Origin: Octopus sinensis
Taxonomy: Eukaryota
Assembly (NCBI RefSeq): GCF_006345805.1
Contig: NC_043007.1
Coordinates: 72,478,001 to 72,542,000, forward strand
DNA length: 64,000 bases
Direction of reading: 5' to 3'
Shown here piece after piece: positions 1-10,859 of the stretch (position 1 is its first letter; every line of letters begins with the position of its first letter). The notes under the pieces were generated by a model that had not been told where the DNA came from, did no database searches, and saw only the letters and a program-made list of their open reading frames with translations. The position numbers and the translations under genes were made by a program.

Positions 1-2
1 AG

Positions 3-696
3 TTTTTTCTAGCGGTGTCATATGAAATTGTCACCCATAATTATGACTCTAGTATCGATCTATTGCATTTCAATCTGTTTTAGGATTAGGGTTAGGGTTA
101 GGGGTGGGGGGAAGGGTATCTTTTTTTCTTCACAAATGTAAATAAACCCAATCTATTTCTTAAAGGAGGGACGTATTCATTATGCACAGAATGTTATTTA
201 CGTCAATGGAGGTAATTGATTGGTTAAAATTGCCGAAATGCAAGAAATTTCAGACGAAATATCTTACAACCTATAGAATTTTCTCAATAAAGCCAAGAGA
301 AAAAGATGGGATTTTTTCCTTTTGAATGGCACTTTGTAACATAATTTCTAGTTAACTAAAAAGTTTTAAACTTCCTATACTGGTAGATTGTGTATATAAA
401 ACATCATTTTCTCTTGGCTTTATTGAGAAAATTCTATAGGTTGTAAGATATTTCGTCTGAAATTTCTTGCATTTCGGCAATTTTAACCAATCAATTACCT
501 CCATTGGCGTAAATAGCATTCTGTGCATAATGAATATGTCCCTCCTTTAAGAAACATTTGTGAAGAAAAAAAGATACCCTTCCCCAACCCCTAACCCTAA
601 TCCTAACCCTAACTCTAAAATAGATTGAAATGCAATAGATTGAGACTAGGGCCATAATTATGGGTGACATTTTCATTTGACACCGCTAGAAAAAAA
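3..696. mobile_element. Foldback/palindromic non-autonomous element with internal TTAGGG-like repeats
   Basis: Arms of about 300 bp (3-303 and 407-696) are inverted copies; 204-303 pairs perfectly with 407-506 around a 103-bp spacer. TTAGGG-like repeats at about 80-103 and CCCTAA-like repeats at about 589-618. A partial third copy lies at about 710-780. Confidence 0.75.
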
Positions 697-809
697 TCCC
701 ATTTTCCGTAGTGGTATCGTATGAAATTGTCACCCATAATTATAACCCTAGTATCAATCTATTGCATTTCAATCTATTTTCACTGAGTTATTTGAATCCT
801 TCACCATCT

Positions 810-1790
810 TCATTCACAGTGATGTTTGTCATCTCTGCTGTTCCAAAGGCACAAAAAGCACTGATGTTTTGTATACCCCATTTGCAACCCAAGAAGCAAA
901 CCAACAACTTTCAAGTCCTTGCATATATTCCACTTGTGCTCAGAATATTTAATCAAGTGCAAAATTTTATCCATTGATTCATAATCCTACAGCATGTACT
1001 AGTGGTATTGAAGGCTTTTGATTGCCATTATGCAGTAAAACAGCTTTTATGCTTGCCTTGCTGGAATCTATGAAGAGTCTCCATTTTTCAGGATTATGGC
1101 CATACTCCATCTCCATCTCACATAGGAGTCCTTCAACATCACAAGAAAAACAAATACCATCTTCCTCCATAAAAAATTCATGCAATTCTGTATGCTGTTT
1201 TTGAAAATACAAGCATTTTACACCATTGTGTAAAAGATTCCATTGTTCTGATCTTTCTTTTGTTAAACCCAAGTCTCTATCTAAATCATTTAACTCAAGT
1301 TGACTTAATAAATGAGGAACTTTCTTTGAAGATCCTGGTTCATCACAGTGATCTGCCGTATCACTCAGCATGCCTTCAATTGAAGTAGATGCAGTGCTTT
1401 CTTCACTTAAACTATCTTTGTCAAAAGATGAAGGAATTGGAATATTTTCAGCAGCATGAGCAAGTGGTTTTAAAGCTAAAGGGCAATCTGGATAAACAAT
1501 CTTTCTTAGAGAAACCTGTGATGTTAGTTAAGCAGAAATAACAATCGGTATAGTGGTTTGTTGGTTCATGCATATCATTGGTACTGCAAATGGCATACTT
1601 TTCCGTTTACCATTCAGCCATTGGATTAGTGCTATGCAGCAGTTTTTGCAACAAACATGAGGTGCACACAGTTTATCTTGGTCCCCAACTTTGTACCCAA
1701 AGTAAAGCTTGTAAGCATTTTAAAATTTCTTTGTAAGTTTATTTCTCTGATCTTTTGGCATAAATTTTCCACACATGTAGCAAAAGCTGT
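810..1790 (-). pseudogene. Degraded Chapaev3-like DNA transposase
   Basis: Frameshifted pieces include YKLYFGYKVGDQDKLCAPHVCCKNC..QWLNGKRKSMPFAVPMI, WRLFIDSSKASIKAVLLHNGNQKPSIP (ORF 979-1371) and IKYSEHKWNICKDLKVVGLLLGLQMGYTKHQCFLCLWNSRD. The family name is assigned from remembered motifs. Confidence 0.7.
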
Positions 1791-2559
1791 TCAGGTGATT
1801 AACACAAACTTTTCTGCTCACCATAAATACATACAGCAATAACCTAAATCAACATTCAAGGAAACCTATCAGTAAGCTAAAATATAAAATTAATCAACTG
1901 TAAATGTTATTGTAAAACATCATAATATATTTCTCAAAAAAAAAAAAATCCATTGAAATTATTTAAAAATAATAATAAATAATGAAATTATTGTATACAG
2001 TGCTCAGGTGCACCACAACTTGTCAGAAAGTGCATATAAAGTACATGCAGTAATGTAGAAATGTCTGGAAAGCGAACAATGTATGAGTCAGATACATGCT
2101 TGTGTGTGTATGGAGGGGAGAAAATCAAGTGTAGTGTTGGCGAATCTCAGGAAGCATGGAAGTTTTGAAATGTACTGAAGCTATGGTTATCATGAAACAG
2201 TTTTTTCCATCTCTAAATTTCAAACATTGATCACTTTAATTAGTAACTAAACTTACTAATAAACTACTTTTCATATAACCTGGCTCTCTTGTTTGATGTA
2301 CTTATTTTTAACAGCATTAGCAGTTGTCAAGAAAATGCAGTCTGAGTGGCTTGCTATAACCTAATATCAATAGCCTACTTTGAGGAGAACTTTACTATAA
2401 TTATAGAGAAAAGAAAGTAAAATAAATTCTCATCTTGTGTGGCAATTCAACAGGTAGCCTTCATTTCCCTCTATCAGCACTTATTTTTGTTTCAGTGATG
2501 AGTATATGAATGAAAATCAAAAGCAAATAGCCGACTAGTTTGTCAATATTATCAGTTGG

Positions 2560-2707
2560 TTGGAAAATCTGATGCTGTCAATAACTAAAAAAAACTACAT
2601 GTGCTGTTTGAAAACTGATGTCAGATTTGGATTGAGCACCCTAAAATTACCCTAAATCAACTGAAAATGTTTAAAAAGCATGACAAAAAAATTTTTGTTG
2701 CCCAGTG
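2560..2707 (+). mobile_element. Chapaev3-like terminal segment
   Basis: gatgtcagatttggattgagcaccctaaaattacc...aaaaaaatttttgttgcccagtg; it ends in GTG (CAC terminus on the other strand). Confidence 0.45.
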
Positions 2708-2922
2708 TAATTTGTCAACTGATTATCCAACATCTTAATTGGAAATATTACTAGAATCAGCTGATGTAAGACCACCAGCACTTGTGTTTATCAAAAGAAA
2801 TAAAAAACTACACACAATAAAGTTACAAGCTTTTATCTGATAAATATGTGTGTGTGTGTGTTATTTAGTATTGTTGATCAGTTTGTAGAAAACATTGACA
2901 CATTTACAAATGATAGAACCCT

Positions 2923-3341
2923 CTTTTACTCTTTTACTCTTTTACTTGTTTCATTCATTTGACTGCGGCCATGCTGGAGCACCGCCTTTAATCGAGCAAC
3001 TCGACCCTGGGACTTATTCTTTGTAAGCCCAGTACTTATTCTATCAGTCTCTTTTGCCGAACCGCTAAGTAACGGAGACATAAACAGACCAGTATTGGTT
3101 GTCAAGCAATGCTAGGGGGACAAACACAGACGGACAAACACACACACGTATATATATATATATATATATACATATATACGATGGGCTTCTTTCAGTTTCC
3201 GTCTACCAAATCCACTCACAAGGCTTTGGTCGGCCCAAGACTCTAGTAGAAAACACTTGCCCAAGGTGCCACGCAGTGGGACTGAACCTGGAACCATGTG
3301 GTTGGTAAACAAGCTACTTACCACACAGCCACTCCTGCGCC
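2923..3341 (-). mobile_element. tRNA-derived SINE, long family A, with internal (TA)n/(CA)n
   Basis: Head ggcgcaggagtggctgtgtggtaagtagcttg and tail (aaaagagt)n; many copies in the window; short gaaccct flanking duplication. Confidence 0.8.
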
Positions 3342-3389
3342 TATGAACCCTGTGCATTTGGTACAGTAAAATTTTATAACTGCCTTGGT

Positions 3390-3850
3390 AGTGAGTTCGA
3401 TACCTGGATCAGGCTGTGTGTTGTGTTCTTGAGCAAGACACTTTATTTTACGTTGCCCCAATTCACTCAGCTGTAGAAATAAGTTGTACCGGTACTGATG
3501 CCAAGCTGTATTTCCCTTGGATAACATTGGTAATGTGGAGAGGAGAGGCTGATATGCATGAGTGACTGCTGATCATCCATAAACAATCTTGCCCATGTTG
3601 TGTTCTTGAGCAAGACACTTTATTTCACGTTGCTCCAGTTCACTCAGCTGTAGAAATGAGTTGCGACATCACTGGTGCCAAGCTGTATCGGCCTTTGCCT
3701 TTCTCTTGGATAACATCAGTGGTGTGGAGAGGAGAGGCTGGTATGCATGGGTGACTGCTGGCTTTCCATAAACAACCTTGCCCGGACTTGAACCTGGGAG
3801 GGTAACTTTCTAGATGCAATCCCATGGTTATTCATGACTGAAGGGGGTCT
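3390..3850 (+). mobile_element. SINE family E, two degenerate tandem partial copies
   Basis: tgttgtgttcttgagcaagacactttattt..gttgc.c.a.ttcactcagctgtagaaat occurs at about 3418 and about 3598. Confidence 0.65.
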
Positions 3851-4068
3851 CTCACAGCCCCGAAAATTCACATGAAGAATCCCTGGATCATTTTGTAAAT
3901 TTTAACTGTACCACTGATTGACTATATTCAAAGAATACAGATTACTGTGGTTTGTTCTTTTTCAGGAACCTTAATTGTTGTAGTTTTTAATGTGGATCTG
4001 TTGCTAAGTAGACTGCAGCACCTATGATAACAGGTACAAACGAGAATCTGTAGTCAGGGTATAAGAGC

Positions 4069-4497
4069 TGTAAGTTTCTTATTTCTTTATTGCCCACAAG
4101 GGGCTAAACATAGAGGGGACAAACAAGGACGGACAAAGGGATTAAGTCGATTACATCGACCGAGTGCGTAGCTGGTACTTTATTTATCGATCCCAAAAGG
4201 ATGAAAGGCAAAGTCGACCTTGGCAGAATTTGAACTCAGAACATAACGGCAGATGAAATACCTATTTCTTTACTACCCACAAGGGGCTAAACACAGAGAG
4301 GACAAACAAGGACAGACAAACAGATTAAGTCGATTACATCGACCCCAGTGCATAACTGGTACTTAATTTATCGACCCCGAAAGGATGAAAGGCAAAGTCG
4401 ACCTCGGCAGAATTTGAACTCAGAACGTAACGGCAGACGAAATACTGCTAAGCATTTTGCCCAGTATGCTAATGTTTCTGCCAGCTCGCCACCTTAT
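4069..4497 (-). mobile_element. SINE family B dimer (one full and one 5'-truncated copy)
   Basis: The conserved core ggtcgactttgcctttcatccttt.ggg.tcgataaa occurs twice; the core resembles the Meta-type SINE central domain. Confidence 0.8.
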
Positions 4498-4517
4498 ATG
4501 TGTGTTGTGTGTGTGTG

Positions 4518-5040
4518 CTGTAAGTTTCTTATCAGTTCTACATCCACATCAGTTGAGCAGCTAATCTTTACTTCAGTACACGTCTTTTGCTCTCTGTCCC
4601 TTTAGACAATATCTGGCCTGTTGTGCTTACACCAGGTTGTTGTTCTTTTTGGAATGTTCCACCAATATTCCTTATTTTTATAGGTGTGAATGCAGTCTAG
4701 TGCTGGTGTGCCACTGGCATGGCTGTCAGAGCAGTCCTTCCTTTGTGTAGCATTATAAACTCTCTCTGTGACAATGTCACGTCTCATGTGCAGATAATCT
4801 TTTGCAGACATTTTTGGGCAGCTGCTGATGATATGGGCAATATTCTTAACAGTGGTATGGCATAATCGGCATTGTCTATAACAGCACGGAGGTTTTGAGG
4901 TGTCTCAACCTCTCTTGTTCATCAGGTATTTAGTAGCAATCTCATGTTCCTGAATATTCCTGAATAACAAAGGCATAGCTTTGTAGGTGAGATGTGATAT
5001 AATTACCACAGTTCCAGGAGAGGCTGCTGCTCTTGTCAAT
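4518..5040 (-). pseudogene. Non-LTR retrotransposon C-terminal fragment with restriction-like endonuclease (R4/NeSL-type)
   Basis: ORF 4602-4811 reads YLHMRRDIV...WW..PKRTTTWCKHNRPDIV, the RPD/PD-(D/E)xK signature, followed by frameshifted KTCTEVKISC..LIRNLQ. Confidence 0.65.
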
Positions 5041-5070
5041 GGTGCTGATGCTATGTATGTATGTATGTGT

Positions 5071-5380
5071 GGAGGTGTAATGGCCCAGTGGTTAGAGCAG
5101 CAGACTCGCGGTCGTAGGATTGCAGTTTTGATTCCTAGACCAGGCTTTGTGAGTGTTTATTGAGCGAAAACACCTAAAGCTTCACGAGGCTCTGGCAGGG
5201 GGTCGTGGTGATCCCAGCTGTACTCTTTCGCCACAACTTTCTCTCACTCTTTCTTCTGTTGTCCTGCACGCTTAGCCAGTGGGGTGGCATCATTTGAAGG
5301 CTAAAACAATGCGAAGCGCATTGTGACCAGCGATGTGTAGCAACATCTGATAGCCTGGTCAGTCACGTGATCATGTGATG
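5071..5380 (+). mobile_element. tRNA-derived SINE family D
   Basis: ggaggtgtaatggcccagtggttagagcagcagactcgcgg with A-box and B-box-like elements; paralogue at 14114. Confidence 0.8.
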
Positions 5381-5545
5381 TATGTATTCATGTATGTATG
5401 AATGTATGTATGTATTTATGTATGAATGAATGTATGTAGGTATGTATATATACATACATCATGCATGTATGTATGTATTTATGTATGCATGTATGTATAT
5501 ATGTGTGTATATATGTACATATGTATGTCTGCATGTATGTATGTT
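5381..5545. repeat. Degenerate (TATG)n microsatellite
   Basis: Direct reading of the sequence. Confidence 0.9.
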
Positions 5546-5699
5546 CTCTTTCTCTGTTTGATTTAGAGTAAATTTTGACTGGCCTCATACTTGGTACCAA
5601 GATTGGGAACAAAAGTATTTTGTTTTAACTATCATCCTTTAAATCTCAAGAAGTACTTACAAATATTTATAATCCTAGATATCGTGATCATTTGTAGCT

Positions 5700-6010
5700 T
5701 TTGAATTAAGGATTTTCGTTCTCTCCCTTAGATTCCAAATTCAGCCATGCTTTGCTCTAGACAGGTTTGTATGTACCCAGTTGCTTCAATAATTATAGGT
5801 ATGAAGCTGAAAGTATATTTTGGGTACTGGATTTGCAAACACCTTATCAATGATCCATAGATATCGTCTTTCACTTGTATTTTTTTAACCACATCTGTGT
5901 CCAGTGGGAAGCTGATTTCCACGGCAGAACATCTTTTCTTTGAGGTTCTACACAGTAATTTCTGGCCAGTTGTATTTTAACTTTGTGACTGTTTTAATCT
6001 ATAAGTTCCA
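5700..6010 (-). pseudogene. Second RLE-LINE 3' fragment
   Basis: IKTVTKLKYNWPEITV..KRCSAVEISFPLDTDVVKKIQVKDDIYGSLIRCLQIQYP..FIPIIIEATGY (ORF 5728-5922 plus upstream frame). Confidence 0.6.
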
Positions 6011-6022
6011 CATATGCATGTA

Positions 6023-6238
6023 TGAGGGGGTGCTGAAAAGTTCCTGGCTTTAAGGGCATCATAAAATGCCTGATTGGAAGCCCAACCTTCTGAGTTCTTT
6101 TACAGGGCTTAGAAAAACTGAAGGACTATTGCAAAAAGTGTGTGAATCTGAGAGGGGAATATGTTGATTAAAATCATAATTAACTGATCCTCTTGTATTT
6201 TCTTTTACCCAAAGCTAAGAACTTTTTAGCACCTCTTG
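6023..6238 (+). mobile_element. Internally deleted mariner (MITE)
   Basis: TIRs tgagggggtgctgaaaagttcctggctt and aagctaagaactttttagcacctcttg; internal GLEKLKDYCKKCVNLRGEYVD matches the mariner C-terminus. Confidence 0.8.
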
Positions 6239-6239
6239 T

Positions 6240-7600
6240 GTTTATAAAGAGACACTCAGAAACGTTGGGCATCTTTCTATAGAATTATTTTAAGTAGTCA
6301 AACTAACAAATATGCTTTGAGATAGTTGAGCAGGTAGAAAAACTTGCAACTGTCATGCATCTAAATTATGCCCTCTTGCAGGCTTCTGTCTGCATAAAAA
6401 TGTGATCTATAAGTACTGTGTTATAACACCCTACTCTCACCAAGCAGTATATATCAGCAGCACCGTAGATTTCAAGTGCCACTACCATTTACATGTGAAC
6501 TCTTTCACTAATCCAAACTTGAAACTATTTGTCTCCTGAGCAACGTACATATACAACCTCAAATCACAAAATATTCCATACATCTTATCCTGGTTCATAG
6601 TAAGTGAAGCTTCCCCATACAATGCAAATATCAGTAAGTGTAAGTTATGTCTAAAAGAATCATTAACTATTCTTCACTTTCACAACTCCTGATTACTCAA
6701 TAAATTCTCTGATGTTATTTATTCTTGTAAACACAGATACTACTCAACTTTCACACACTTCTCTAAATCTATATAATTCTATAATATAATAAGTTTCCAT
6801 ACCTCAAAAAACTTTAATCTAAAACAAAGTCAGTCTTGCAACTTACTACTTGATAAACACTACCCTCCCCCATCTTATTCCTTCCCATACACAAATCTCA
6901 GATTTTTCCAAATCTTCAAATCAACCACTTCTCACCTTCCTCTTAGCCTCCCCAACAGTACTTAACATTACTAACCCGATTCCTTTATCCCACTAACAAT
7001 TACTTAACTACTGAACCAGTCAACTCATTTCCCCCAATTAATAAAAAGCCCTTTTCACTATCTCAACCATTAACTCTGTAGCCTTCATCTAAACTGTCAC
7101 AACAGTCATCACTCACACACTACCTAAACCACCCTTCCCCCTTCCTCCCACCTTCCACCTCTACTCCTATCACTAGATTCGTTATTAACCCTAACCCTGA
7201 AATCTATTTTCTCCTCTCACTACTCTCTATCTAAGCATTTCCAACTTCCCTTCCTAACACACTTAGCTCTCCACAAAATCATTCCATCTTTAAACTCCAA
7301 CCTGTCAACACCTCAAAAGTAAAATCCTCCAATGTAAAATGCTCCCCTGAAGATGGAGGTAGTGTTATCCGATAGTGGATCCAAGTATTATTCCAGACCA
7401 TCAAGGCCCCAGAAACAGCTGTTGGACTTGTAAAACTCTACCCATTTAACTCCTGATATCCTTTATATTCTATAAGTCAGACTATTTTATATTCATACAC
7501 ATGTACACTTTTTCTATTAAATGTATTTAATATTCTGTGTAAATCAACTTGCCTAACTGGCTTCTCATTACATTTACTCATCTACTGGCCCAAGTTCAAA
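6240..7600 (+). mobile_element. Penelope-like element 3' portion: C-terminal GIY-YIG endonuclease pseudo-ORF (6339-6743), C/T-rich 3' UTR and hammerhead-like motif
   Basis: One frame gives KTCNCHASKLCPLAGFCLHKNVIYKYCVIT..VYISSTVDFKCHYHLHVNSF..VS*ATYIYNLK..ILSWFIV..PY..SKCKLCLKE..*LLNKFSDVIYSCKHR, with two TGA stops. Confidence 0.8.
7344..7426 (+). ncRNA. Type-I hammerhead-ribozyme-like motif in the PLE 3' end
   Basis: CTGAAGA (7347-7353) and GAAA (7412-7415) with a palindromic helix III ACAGCTGT; stem II closes TGG/CCA; stem I is weak. Confidence 0.45.
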
Positions 7601-7621
7601 TCTCATGAGTATTCTATATAG

Positions 7622-7660
7622 AGAACACCTGTCTCTAACTTTTAAACTCTCTCTCTCTCT

Positions 7661-7708
<48 letters not shown>

Positions 7709-7730
7709 CATTATCATCATCATCATCATT
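7622..7730. repeat. (CT)n-(TA)n-(ATC)n compound microsatellite
   Basis: Direct reading of the sequence. Confidence 0.9.
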
Positions 7731-8400
7731 GTTTAACATCCGCTTTCCATGCTAGCATGGGTTGGACAATTTGACCGAGGTCTGGTGAACCAAATGGCTG
7801 CACCAGGCTCCAATTTGATCTGGCAGAGTTTCTACAGCTGGATGCCCTTCCTAACTCCAACCACTCTGAGAGTGTAGTGGGTGCTTTTACATGCCACCGG
7901 CACAAGGGCCAGTCAGGCGGTACTGGCAATGGCCATGCTCAAATGATGCTTTTTATGTGCCACCTGCACAGGAGCCAGTCTAGTGGCACTGGTAACGACC
8001 TCACTCGAATGTTTTTTCATGTGCCACCAGCACAAGTGCCAGTAAGGTGATGCAGGTAGCAATCACGCTTGAATGGTGATTTTAACGTGCCATCAGCACG
8101 GAAGCCAGTTTGTTGCTCTGGCAAAGCTCACGCTCAGATGGTGCTCTTAGCGCTCCACTAGCATGGATGCCAATCATTGAATTTGATTTCGATTTCGATC
8201 TCACTTGCCTCAAAAGGTCTTCGCAAGCAGAGTTTAGTGTCCAGGCTGGTTACACCCCTGGGTATAAGCCAGGTTATGGTCTCACTTGGCTTGCTGAGTC
8301 TTCTCAAGCACAGCATATTTCCAAAGGTCTTGGTCACTAGTCATTGCCTTGGTGAGGCCCAATGTTCGAAGGTCATGCTTAACCACCTCATCCCAGGTCT
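7706..8400 (-). mobile_element. SINE family C with RTE-like 3' tail ending in (GAT)n
   Basis: catcatcatcattgtttaacatccgctttccatgctagcatgggttgg...; the same tail recurs at about 25628, 26098, 50532, 53759 and 55915. Confidence 0.75.
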
Positions 8401-8544
8401 TCCTGGGTCTACCCCTTCCACAGGTTCCCCTCAACCGCTAGGGTGTAGCACTTTTTCACTCAGCTATCCACATCCATTCTCACCACATGGCTATACCAGC
8501 GCAGTCATCTCTTTTACGCACCACAGATGCATATACATATATAT

Positions 8545-8576
<32 letters not shown>

Positions 8577-9619
8577 CATTTCTGTCAACTGAAATAGTAG
8601 CAGAATCATTGAAAATGCTTTGCTCCTTGGATTTTAAACTGTGTTAATCATTTTGAATGTCCTTGGTTGTAAAGTTCATGTATTCATCTGAAGAAAACGG
8701 TTTCTTTATAATAATATAATGTACTCATTAATCAATTAAAAGTATCATTAGCAATGGCTGTAATGAATTAATACCTGTCCTTCAATTGTTACTTATTTAT
8801 ATTTTACTCCCCAATCTCAGAACATGCCCTTCATAAATTCTGAAGTATATTAATGGACTGTAAATCACCTCACTATTATCTCATTTTTTGCATCTTTAAT
8901 TTTCTTTTCCTTTATGTTGTATAGTTTGTACACGACAGTATGTGTGTTTATCACCTGTTGTGTTTCAGGGGGCGGCAACAGTCTTATATTGCCGTCACTT
9001 TTTTTTAACTAATCTGCAAAACTTGAACAACTGTTCCATTTTAATTTCCAGTTCTGTGACGTTGCCACCCACTGCATCTGAAAAACTTTGTTTTGCCTTT
9101 TCCTTTTTTGCTTCCTTTTGACTTAAATTTTCATTTCCTTTTCCCATCTCGGGAAAGTCTTTTTTGTATTCAATGTTGAATTCCATCATAACTTTTTCAA
9201 AACTTTGCCAAAAATGTCAAAATTACAGATTATACATAACTCAACAATGGGTAAAAAATAATTCTTCACAAACAATATTTTAAACAAAGTTCCTCAATAA
9301 TTTTCTGCCCCATAGGACAAAAATTAATGTCCTACAACAGACAACAGTTCAAATTTACGTAAAACACAAATCAACAAAATAATATCAAACAGGTAACAAG
9401 CCAAAGGCGAACTCACATAACAAAGTAACAGAAATTCCAAAAATGACTCAAAAAAAACAGGTGATGATGGGAAATGATTCTCAATGCAAATACATGTATA
9501 TATATTTGTGCTTAGCCCAGCGGCTACACTAGTGGCTACACCTCAGAAAGAAAAGGAAGGGGAGGCTGGTGAATTCGTGCAGCCCCTCCCCATGTTCAAA
9601 ATGTAAGTTTCTTATTTTT

Positions 9620-10090
9620 ATCATGGAAATTAAATTAGGCTGTATAAATGTTCGTGGCCTGGAGTTGAAATGGAAGCAAACTTGTCTCATGAACGACCTC
9701 AGGTCACTAGTATTTGATATATGTGTGGTGACTGAGTCCAAGCTGAATGGGTGGTGACTGAGTCCAAGCTGAATGGGCCACAGGCATTCTCGCCTCTTCT
9801 AAATGGCTATGAGAAATTTATTTCTCCTAGTCGACAGGGAGGTGGGGGCGTGGTGGTCTTGTTCAGAAAAAACTTGGACGTACAGATAAGTACAGTCATT
9901 CTGGACTCAGAAGGTAAGCTGGTCATCCTAGATGTGACACATACAAGTAAGTATTCCTTCAGGTCAGTAGCTGTTTATGCTCCTAGTGAGTGTAGACAAG
10001 CTGGGTTTTTTAAGACCTGGAGAGCTTTCTGGTGACATCAAAAACTCTAGTTTTAGCAGGAGACTTTAACACTATTCTCGACACACAGGT
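9620..10090 (+). pseudogene. L1/Tx1-like ORF2 N-terminal AP endonuclease fragment
   Basis: IKLGCINVRGL...DICVVTESKL...GGGVVVLF...DSEGKLVILDV...VAVYAP...LVLAGDFN, broken by a 26-bp tandem duplication at 9725-9776. Confidence 0.8.
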
Positions 10091-10405
10091 GGATAGTGTT
10101 GGCTCGACTTAGCACATTTATGTTTGTAATGTCCTGTATTGTCTTTCTTTGTAATAGATATTTATTATCATAATAAAGAAAATCGATAGTTGTCACACAC
10201 TGATGATGGGTCAATATACAGAAACCTGGGTCCATATGTATCACATCAGGCTGCAAATGGGAAGGATGACTTCCTTTTGCTAATACTGATAGGGCACAAA
10301 AAGTGTGTCAATAGCCAGCTGGGGCCACAAGCTACAGTAGCATCAACCCTTAAGCATTAGCCACATTTAAGTGGCAAATATACTTCACAATATATATATA
10401 TATAT

Positions 10406-10775
10406 AGGAGTGGCTATGTGGTAAGTAGCTTGCTTACCAACCACATGGCTTCGGGTTTAGTTCCACTGTGTGGCAGCTTGGACAAGTGTCTTCTACTATA
10501 GCCTTTGGCCAACCAAAGCCTTGTGAGTGGATTTGGTAGATGGAAACTGAAAGAAGCCCATCATGTATGTGTGTGTGTTTGTCCCCCACATCACTTGGCA
10601 ACCGATGCTGGTGTGTTTACATCCCCATAACTTGGCAATTCAGCTTAAGAGACTAATAGAATAAGTACTAGGCTTACAGAGAATAAGTCCTGGGGTTGAT
10701 TTGTTCGACTAAAGGCAGTGTTCCAGCATGGCCAAAGCCAAATGACTGAAACAAATAAAAGAATAAAAGAAAGAA
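10406..10775 (+). mobile_element. SINE family A
   Basis: Same head, body and tail as 2923-3341. Confidence 0.8.
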
Positions 10776-10776
10776 A

Positions 10777-10859
<83 letters not shown>

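Noticed and set aside
80-618. TTAGGG repeats as a chromosome end or fusion scar
   Set aside because: Only a few imperfect units, symmetrically embedded in the arms of an interspersed foldback element.
2495-2572. C/D snoRNA-like GTGATGA...CTGA
   Set aside because: There is no convincing terminal stem or recognisable rRNA guide; it adjoins a transposon end and lies opposite to the inferred host strand.
2923-3341. tRNA-like heads of SINEs as tRNA genes (also 5071, 14114 and 58690)
   Set aside because: No complete cloverleaf; each continues into a SINE body and tail and is present in many copies.
6537-6692. Two in-frame TGA codons in the PLE endonuclease read as possible selenocysteines (known in some Naiad PLEs)
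   Set aside because: They fall at non-Cys consensus positions in a C-terminal-EN element with other decay, and no SECIS was recognised; ordinary nonsense mutations are more likely.
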